A DNA stretch of 51,192 bases from a bacterium. Its GTDB lineage: Bacteria; JAJRZV01. Shown here one piece after another: positions 44,885-51,192 of this stretch. Position 1 is the first letter of the stretch, and each line of letters starts with the position of its first letter. The stretch is taken from positions 1 to 51,192 of the forward strand of contig JAJRZV010000024.1 in NCBI GenBank assembly GCA_024275095.1. Direction: 5' to 3'. The notes under the pieces were generated by a model. The model saw only the letters and a program-made list of their open reading frames with translations. It searched no databases and was not told the DNA's origin. Both the position numbers and the translations under genes were made by a program.

Positions 44885-46106
44885 CCAGAAACACCTTGGC
44901 TGTACTGTGTACCTGCTCTTCAAATGCCCCATAATCATACTTAATGCTTCCGAACACAGGTGAAAGATTTACGGAGAACACACCTGTAAAAATCGGGCAG
45001 ACCCCCGCAGAAAGAGAAAAAACGTAGCGCTTTACAGCATCCTCCAGACAATCCCCGGGTGGCAGAGTAAGACTTGCTCTGCATTTTTTCACGAAGTTTT
45101 TAAACCATCCAGGAACATCCTGCCATATCTCCTCCACCACGGTGGAAAGTTCCTTTCCGTGATAAAGTGCCTCAAGAGGATGTGTGCCTGTCCGGACGGC
45201 ATTCCACATGGTTTCAATAACATCCGACCCGCCTGTGACCAGTGCAAGAGTCTGAAAAGGATCGCTCAACAAAAAACCCGGTTCATCAATCTCGGATTCC
45301 TTCAGGCGTGATGGTTCATCTTTCACCATGAGAAAACTCTGACACGGATATGGACAGTTAAAGCATGCAGAATACCTGTGCACACGTTCTTTTATTTTTT
45401 CCAGCGGGCCTGTGTCTGCACCTGAAAGCTCCAGGACTCTCCCCATGCCTTTACATTCTTCACTCACCGCTGACCTGCGCAGCTCCACGCATGCACTGAA
45501 AAAATCTTCATCCGCTTCAAAAGACTCCATTCCCCTCAGGGCTACCGCCTGAACATTCAGGTTGTCCAGCATATCACCGGCACCGCAAATGTCACCGCTG
45601 TACCAGTAATCAACCATCAGGGGTTTCAACCCTCCTTCCTTGCCGTAAGAGATAACCTGGATGTTCTCATCCGCATGTTCGCCTCTTACACTGTCAACAA
45701 GAGTCCACACACTCTCGGTATTCAATGCACTGGCAGGAAGGACTTCACATATACCATCGTGTATCCAGAGGTAAACCCTCTCGCTGCTTTTACCTTTGAG
45801 AACCACTGCGTCAAATCCTGAATATTTAAGTTCCGCGCCCGTGTGCCACAACAAATGAGTAACAACCGGTCCTGTTGCCTCATTCAGCCATACCAGCGTT
45901 GAAGCACACGAGGCAGGTACGAATGTCCCTGTGAAAAGACCGGCAGCGAATGCTGCGGTGCCACCGGTGTCTTCCAGAAGGTGAAGAGCAAGCAGGGGAC
46001 CGCCCGGCGCTTTCTCCAGTACTTCACTGCTGAGTTCACGTTCATCTATCTCTCCGTTTTCCAGATTTACAACCACATATCGTTCGTTGAAAAAACGCCC
46101 CTTCAT
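44874..46106 (-). CDS. Short, divergent aldehyde:ferredoxin oxidoreductase-like protein
   Basis: VVNLENGEI, GLFTGT, GAELKYSGFDAVVLKGKS..VYLWI.DG, ACFNCPYPC, GVCP; about 410 aa from ATG 46106. Confidence 0.8.
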   Translation of the reverse strand: MKGRFFNERYVVVNLENGEIDERELSSEVLEKAPGGPLLALHLLEDTGGTAAFAAGLFTGTFVPASCASTLVWLNEATGPVVTHLLWHTGAELKYSGFDAVVLKGKSSERVYLWIHDGICEVLPASALNTESVWTLVDSVRGEHADENIQVISYGKEGGLKPLMVDYWYSGDICGAGDMLDNLNVQAVALRGMESFEADEDFFSACVELRRSAVSEECKGMGRVLELSGADTGPLEKIKERVHRYSACFNCPYPCQSFLMVKDEPSRLKESEIDEPGFLLSDPFQTLALVTGGSDVIETMWNAVRTGTHPLEALYHGKELSTVVEEIWQDVPGWFKNFVKKCRASLTLPPGDCLEDAVKRYVFSLSAGVCPIFTGVFSVNLSPVFGSIKYDYGAFEEQVHSTAKVFLDAP

Positions 46107-46453
46107 GAAGCACCTCCTTCCTCTACCAGGCATCCCGAAGGACAAACAGCAACGCAAAAAAGAAAATCCTCACCTTCACACAGGTCGCACGCCTCCCTCA
46201 TAACAATCGGCTTTGATGAAGCACCGGCACCCTCCGCCTTTTCTCCGGGCAAAAGCACCTCTGCGCCTTCAGGTCTGCCGAGAAACACTTCTTTTTCTCG
46301 CTTGATCATCACTCCAAAATAGTCCTTCTTCTCATTGCGGTGGAGCATTATGCTTGAAGACACAGGGTTCATCTCGCGATCGCGGTGAAAAGAACAGGCA
46401 ATTTCACAGATACGGCATCCTGTACATTTGTGTGTAATCACCTCCAGCTTCAC
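46103..46453 (-). CDS. 4Fe-4S dicluster ferredoxin (AOR-associated type)
   Basis: CTGCRICEIACS and CDLC...CVAVCP; GTG start at 46453 after GGAGG, overlapping the upstream stop. Confidence 0.88.
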   Translation of the reverse strand: MKLEVITHKCTGCRICEIACSFHRDREMNPVSSSIMLHRNEKKDYFGVMIKREKEVFLGRPEGAEVLLPGEKAEGAGASSKPIVMREACDLCEGEDFLFCVAVCPSGCLVEEGGAS

Positions 46454-47679
46454 GACACACCTCCCACCGAGTCCCACAGGAGCTTCACCAGGTCAACTAC
46501 AGGGAGCTCGAGGCCTTCTCTCTTTACACCGTCACTGATATTCTGCTCACAAAACGGGCACGCAGTCACAATCATTTCAGCGCCTGTGGACGCTGCTTCT
46601 TTTGCTCTCAATCCTGCCGTGGCCACAGCCACCTCGGTAAAGGCCGTGCGTACACCCCCACCGGCCCCACAGCACAGTGAATACTCACGGTTCCGTGGCA
46701 TCTCCACCAACTCCACTCCAGGAATGTTTTGCAAAATCTGCCGTGGTGCATCAAAAACGCCGAAATAGCGCCCGAGATGGCACGGGTCATGATAGGTCAC
46801 TTTGGACGGAATTTCTTTTTTATGTTCCAGACCTTTATCCTGTGCAACCTCGTCCATGAACTCTACGATGTGCCTCACCTCCGCCCGGAGGTGTTCCTGG
46901 TAGAAATGTTTGAACGTTGAATAACAGCCGGCACAGGCAGTAACCACATATCGAGCACCTGTATTGTTCAGCTGTTCCGCCACTTCGTCACGTCTTTTAA
47001 CGAAGGACTTCATGTCACCAACCCTCATCACCGTGGAACCACAACATCTCTCCTTTTCTCCAAGAATTCCAAAATTTACTCCTGCACCGTGAAGAAGGCG
47101 TGCCGTAGAAAACACAACGTCTCTGAAAGCAGGATCATAAGACCCTGTGCACCCTACAAAATAAAGCACTTCCACCTTTTCCTTGCTTGCATCTTTTATT
47201 TCCACATCTTTCAATCGTTTTGCCCAGCGCCCCCTCTGGGACCTGGGGCTCATCCAGGGATTATCGTAGTTCTCAATGCTTTTAATAAGCGGCCGATGCT
47301 CTGGCAGAGGAGCCAGACCTTTTTCCACCAGATAAACCCTGAGCGCCATAAAAGCATTGGTGGGCTCCAGTCCCTTCATCTCGCTGCATATAACCTGACA
47401 ATTGCCGCATGCCGTACAGGTATAAAGAATCTCGAGGAATTTCTCGTCAATTACCAGTTCAGGAGGGTCACACGTGATCGCCCTGATAAGTTCCATTCGG
47501 CCGGTGCTGAAGTAAGCATCAAAACGAAAATACGTTGCAGCAGGACAATTATCTGCGAAACGGTAGTTTGTAAGAATTTCCGGACGTGTCATACCACACA
47601 GTTTGCACTTTACGCATTTCCAGGCAGTATTGCGATATTCAAATAAATGTCCAAACTTCCCAATCTGTGCATACTGCAT
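46450..47679 (-). CDS. HdrD/GlpC-like Fe-S protein (CCG domains), paralogue of 41778-43010
   Basis: CVKCKLC..NCP, CTACGNCQVIC, RCCG, CAGC, YHDPCHLGR, LCCGAGGG, CPFC; AGGAGG RBS. Confidence 0.93.
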   Translation of the reverse strand: MQYAQIGKFGHLFEYRNTAWKCVKCKLCGMTRPEILTNYRFADNCPAATYFRFDAYFSTGRMELIRAITCDPPELVIDEKFLEILYTCTACGNCQVICSEMKGLEPTNAFMALRVYLVEKGLAPLPEHRPLIKSIENYDNPWMSPRSQRGRWAKRLKDVEIKDASKEKVEVLYFVGCTGSYDPAFRDVVFSTARLLHGAGVNFGILGEKERCCGSTVMRVGDMKSFVKRRDEVAEQLNNTGARYVVTACAGCYSTFKHFYQEHLRAEVRHIVEFMDEVAQDKGLEHKKEIPSKVTYHDPCHLGRYFGVFDAPRQILQNIPGVELVEMPRNREYSLCCGAGGGVRTAFTEVAVATAGLRAKEAASTGAEMIVTACPFCEQNISDGVKREGLELPVVDLVKLLWDSVGGVS

Positions 47680-47754
47680 CACCACCTCCTGTCTAAAATT
47701 TATCTTTCAACAGGCATCCAGGAGTAGAAATGTCAAATGTTGAGACCAGACCCC

Positions 47755-49329
47755 TCATTGCTCGTCCAGAGGATTAACACCGGGGTGTGAGATATACAGC
47801 TCATCCACCACGGCTTTGAACCTTTTTGCCAGTTCCCAGTAAACCTGTGCTCTCGGCATCTCGATTTCTCCAAAGCCGTACATGCGGCGATACATCGTGG
47901 CCTTAAACTTTTCCACAAACATTTCAGTGGTTTTTTTCAACATGACCGCTGCCCTCTTAATATCCTCAGGATTGCCCTGGTCCCACCAGTAATCAAACTC
48001 CAGCGGTGCCAGGCGTGCAAACGGATACGGACCCTGTACAGCCGTGCCTGTGAGCGCCATCTTCTCGGAAAAGTCAGGGGCTGAATCCTTCCAGTACCGG
48101 TGGATAAGCCTGCGGTAATATTCATGCACTAACGGAATCAAATCCATTTTCACATTGCCAGCAGTCCAGTTGAAAGACCCTCTCCACTTCATGGCTGCAC
48201 CCACGCGTGGACCCACAAGTTTCCAGTAGCGCGGATCAAACAAAGGTTCATCAGTGAACAGAAGCGCCTGCTGGTCCACGGCGTACATCCCTGTGGATTC
48301 TGCTATGTTCATGAGAATCTCTTCCTTTATCGCAAGTTCCTCTTCATCGTGGCCTGAGATAATCACAATGACCGGGTCGGAAGGAAGGTAATCTGCAAGG
48401 TCCAGGGGATTATCCACAGGTGCCGCCACAGCCATCTGTCCATGGTGTGATTTATATATGAATTCTGCAATCTCTTCCCTTGATAATCTCAAATCGAACT
48501 CCAGTGCACTTTCAAGAGCCCTTTCGCGGTCATCTGCGTCAAAAATGTAAAGCTTTTCCACCGGATATTCCGGCACAATCCGGATGGTCATCTCCGTGCA
48601 CACACCCATCCCCCCATCTGCCGCCACGAATATGCCCATGATATCCACCAAAGGATGCCAGTTGAGAGGTAACCTCTCTGCTCCTTCTGCATGCACACCG
48701 AGTCTGAGGACCTGGCCATCAGGCAGCACCCAGGTCATTCCCGCGATCAGCTCGCTGGAGAGACCGTATCGGATGGCGATACCAGGCCCCCCGCGTGCCA
48801 CATAATTGGCGAGAGTGGAAATGCTCCCCATGGTTAAAGGCAGGCACGCACGGAGTTTCACGCCGTCATGTGCCAGATGCTCGTTAACAGCGAGGTACAC
48901 CTCAGCATTGCGCGCCCCGGGACCAATGGTGCACGTCATACGTTCTGCATCCACCTCAATTTTGTTCATGCGTTTGAGGTCAAGAAGAATGCCGCCCCAT
49001 CTGGGAAGGGTCAATCCTCCGTGATTGAAACCGGTCGAATAAGGAATAAATGGAATATTGCGTCTGTGGGCGATTTTCACTATCTCCACCACCTCTTCGG
49101 TAGAGGCCGGCATGACGACAATGTTGGGAGCTTTCCCCGGCGTTGGGGTGAAATCACGACTGTAAGTAATGGTTACCGCACGGTGGTCAGTAGCCCATCT
49201 CTCCCCAACCACGTCCCTGATTTCTTTGAGGGCCTCGCGCAAATTCTCTTTGGAAAGATCCCACCTCACCGGGGGCTGTTCCCGGAGTTTTTTCTCTATC
49301 TCTTTCAAGGCTTCACCTCCCTTTTTCAT
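47755..49329 (-). CDS. FAD-binding oxidoreductase (VAO/PCMH/GlcD superfamily)
   Basis: PNIVVMPASTEEV..IVK.A, PYSTGFNHGG, GILLDLKRMNKI, GMTWVLPDG, GGMGVCTEMT. Confidence 0.88.
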   Translation of the reverse strand: MKKGGEALKEIEKKLREQPPVRWDLSKENLREALKEIRDVVGERWATDHRAVTITYSRDFTPTPGKAPNIVVMPASTEEVVEIVKIAHRRNIPFIPYSTGFNHGGLTLPRWGGILLDLKRMNKIEVDAERMTCTIGPGARNAEVYLAVNEHLAHDGVKLRACLPLTMGSISTLANYVARGGPGIAIRYGLSSELIAGMTWVLPDGQVLRLGVHAEGAERLPLNWHPLVDIMGIFVAADGGMGVCTEMTIRIVPEYPVEKLYIFDADDRERALESALEFDLRLSREEIAEFIYKSHHGQMAVAAPVDNPLDLADYLPSDPVIVIISGHDEEELAIKEEILMNIAESTGMYAVDQQALLFTDEPLFDPRYWKLVGPRVGAAMKWRGSFNWTAGNVKMDLIPLVHEYYRRLIHRYWKDSAPDFSEKMALTGTAVQGPYPFARLAPLEFDYWWDQGNPEDIKRAAVMLKKTTEMFVEKFKATMYRRMYGFGEIEMPRAQVYWELAKRFKAVVDELYISHPGVNPLDEQ

Positions 49330-50594
49330 ACGCTATAGCAGGGATTCAGGATCCCCGCCGGATCGGTAATCCTTTTTACCTGATTTAAAAACTTTCTTTC
49401 TGTTGACGAATAAAATCGTGATGCATCCAGGGGCGGGACGCCTGGAAAAGCCCACTCCAGCTTTGTACATATATTGCGTATACGCGAGCTCCACAGGCCT
49501 TCACACCACACAACAAGCACAAAAGCACCACCTCTCGAAAAAGAAGAAACCACATACCGGGGCGTTTTACCCATCTCATCTTCCACGGCTCCGGCAGCTG
49601 ATACCACCTTATTCCGGAAATCCGGATACGAACCGTAAATCACGGCCGTGCTTCCTGATGAAAAAATACTGCGTCGTGTCCACATTTCATCCTCAATGGT
49701 GACCACACGCTCCGCTCCCCACTTGAGCATCATCTTCTCAACGCGCCTGATGTTATAATTCACCAATTTCTCCCGCCCGGCATATCCAAGTACAACAAAT
49801 GTCAACCCTTTATCGAGACCGGCTCCCGTCAGCTCTTCAAGTGATTTCGCATCTCCCGTAAAGCATTCCACTGTCAACTCATGCCTCGGAACATTGCGTA
49901 AAACTTCACCGGCAACTTTTAAATCCCGCACCTTCCATACCTCGCCCTTTCTCACCTCCCACCGCGGGTAAAGATACACGGAGGACCTCACCATCACCCC
50001 CATGATGTCCGGTGCTCCGAAATACCAGCGGGAAAGGTTTGGGCCAGGGTCATCACGACAATCACCCGCTTCTTCAGAGAGAGCATGCTGGCCCGTGCGA
50101 TGTATCAATCCTTCTGGAAGGGCCACATACATGTTGGAAATATTAAGGTCACCGTACCTGGCGCACTCCCGCACAGGATGGCGCATGGCATAACACTCGC
50201 TGATACTTGCTGTCGGTGTCACAAGAGGCATGAATACATCAACGCCTTCTGCACGAGCTGCTTCCACCACCTCCTTGAAATGAACTCCACGACCAACATG
50301 GGCGATGAGATTTCGTGCATCCAACCGATCTATTGCTGCCAGTCTCGAGAACTCAAATATCACGCTGCCGGAGTAATCCAGCACAGGATCAAAATACCGT
50401 TCATATGTTGTAAAAACCTTTACACTGCTGTAATTGCATATTTTCAGTACTGCAGCAGCTTCTTCATATGAACCCGGTCTTACAGCACACACCGGTAAAG
50501 AGGCGGGTTGTTCAGGGAAGTATTCATCCACATCTTCTACCACTCCATCTTTACCCAGTTCTCTCTCCAGCAATTCTTTTATTTTTTCACCCAC
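49326..50594 (-). CDS. Second, more divergent FAD-binding oxidoreductase subunit (GlcE-like)
   Basis: VRPGSYEEA..VLK.C, FSRLAAI, VALPEG, GPNL..WYFGA..IMGV, C-terminal KRITDPAGILNP. Confidence 0.8.
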   Translation of the reverse strand: MGEKIKELLERELGKDGVVEDVDEYFPEQPASLPVCAVRPGSYEEAAAVLKICNYSSVKVFTTYERYFDPVLDYSGSVIFEFSRLAAIDRLDARNLIAHVGRGVHFKEVVEAARAEGVDVFMPLVTPTASISECYAMRHPVRECARYGDLNISNMYVALPEGLIHRTGQHALSEEAGDCRDDPGPNLSRWYFGAPDIMGVMVRSSVYLYPRWEVRKGEVWKVRDLKVAGEVLRNVPRHELTVECFTGDAKSLEELTGAGLDKGLTFVVLGYAGREKLVNYNIRRVEKMMLKWGAERVVTIEDEMWTRRSIFSSGSTAVIYGSYPDFRNKVVSAAGAVEDEMGKTPRYVVSSFSRGGAFVLVVWCEGLWSSRIRNICTKLEWAFPGVPPLDASRFYSSTERKFLNQVKRITDPAGILNPCYSV

Positions 50595-50615
50595 AGCCGA
50601 CCTCCTTCCTGGTAT

Positions 50616-51192
50616 TCAAATAAACACCTCTATCAGTACCGCACACATGTAGATAACCAGACCCACAGGAACAGCCAAACGAATAAATTTTTCACGCTCA
50701 CGTGCTGATGAATTCACAGCCGCCAGGATTTCGGCATAGAAAAAGAAAAATGCAGCCGCCCCAAGCCACAATATAATGGCAGGCAGCAGAGGCAATAACT
50801 TAAGAGAAAGATAAACGCCGAGAAAATACCACTCGGGTTTCACCACTGCAGGAGGACGAGAGGGGTCGGGTGGAACTCCCGAGTCCACCGGGAAGGCAAA
50901 GGTAAACACGTTGAGAACAACAAGAATAAAAAGCACTATTACAAGGACATCTATCGCATGGTCGGGCCAGAAAGGGTGGCTTTCTTCATCACTTTTCAGC
51001 GGCGTGGAGCCTGTTGCTCGTATGCTTGCGATGTGGAGTGCACCCAGTACGCCGAGAGCTCCAGGTATAATCCACGCGTGAAGCGTAAAAAACCGCTGGT
51101 TGAGTGGCAGACCCCCAGCATCTGTGAAAGCAGATTTGATAATTTTACCCACCAGGGGTACCTGTGAGGCAATATTGAGGCCCACAACAGAA
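50616..51192 (-). CDS. Cytochrome b of a bc-type complex, C-terminal part (5' end outside the window)
   Basis: Frame open to the window edge; VPLVG, RFFTLH...P, LHIASIR..G, PFWPDH, KPEWYFL (PEWY Qo motif). Confidence 0.9.
   Translation of the reverse strand, partial: SVVGLNIASQVPLVGKIIKSAFTDAGGLPLNQRFFTLHAWIIPGALGVLGALHIASIRATGSTPLKSDEESHPFWPDHAIDVLVIVLFILVVLNVFTFAFPVDSGVPPDPSRPPAVVKPEWYFLGVYLSLKLLPLLPAIILWLGAAAFFFFYAEILAAVNSSAREREKFIRLAVPVGLVIYMCAVLIEVFI

Noticed and set aside
41778-49329. Selenocysteine read-through in the Fe-S/CCG proteins
   Set aside because: All expected Cys motifs are encoded as Cys, and the stops fall at natural domain ends next to the following start.

Overview
Bacterial chromosomal window whose gene content suggests a deltaproteobacterial-type lineage (inference; exact taxon cannot be determined). 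Five blocks: (1) 1-890, a patch of three gene remnants (N6-methylase/type IIG R-M, IS1634-like transposase, GMC oxidoreductase tail). (2) 894-15376 (-), a single-locus Agl-Glt-like trans-envelope machine (TPR proteins, GltF-like peptide, ExbB/ExbD/ExbD motor, GltG/TonB-like protein, PilZ), preceded by a TPR lipoprotein, an antisense tatA and a zinc-ribbon membrane protein. (3) 15490-23532 (-), housekeeping genes argH-lipoprotein-lysA-dapF and rpsB-tsf-pyrH-frr-recO, with an S2 leader. (4) 23698-39674, an orphan TRAP binding protein, a run of exported or surface-anchored putative glycan-processing enzymes (DUF4855, GH94-like, GH172/DUF2961, PHP hydrolase, GH15-like with a GC-CTERM tail), and a PKD/beta-propeller surface lipoprotein paired with a beta-barrel. 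(5) 39803-51192 (-), a tightly packed anaerobic redox operon (cytochrome b, two FAD oxidoreductases, two HdrD-like CCG proteins, ferredoxin, degenerate AOR, BPL-N amidotransferase-like protein, NarI-like anchor, methyltransferase, B12 radical SAM). No rRNA, tRNA or CRISPR array was seen. All family assignments come from motif recognition by eye, not database searches. Best candidates for undescribed systems: the Agl-Glt-like operon with an Asn/Asp asymmetric motor, the redox operon with an apparently pterin-less AOR, and the surface glycan-enzyme cluster.
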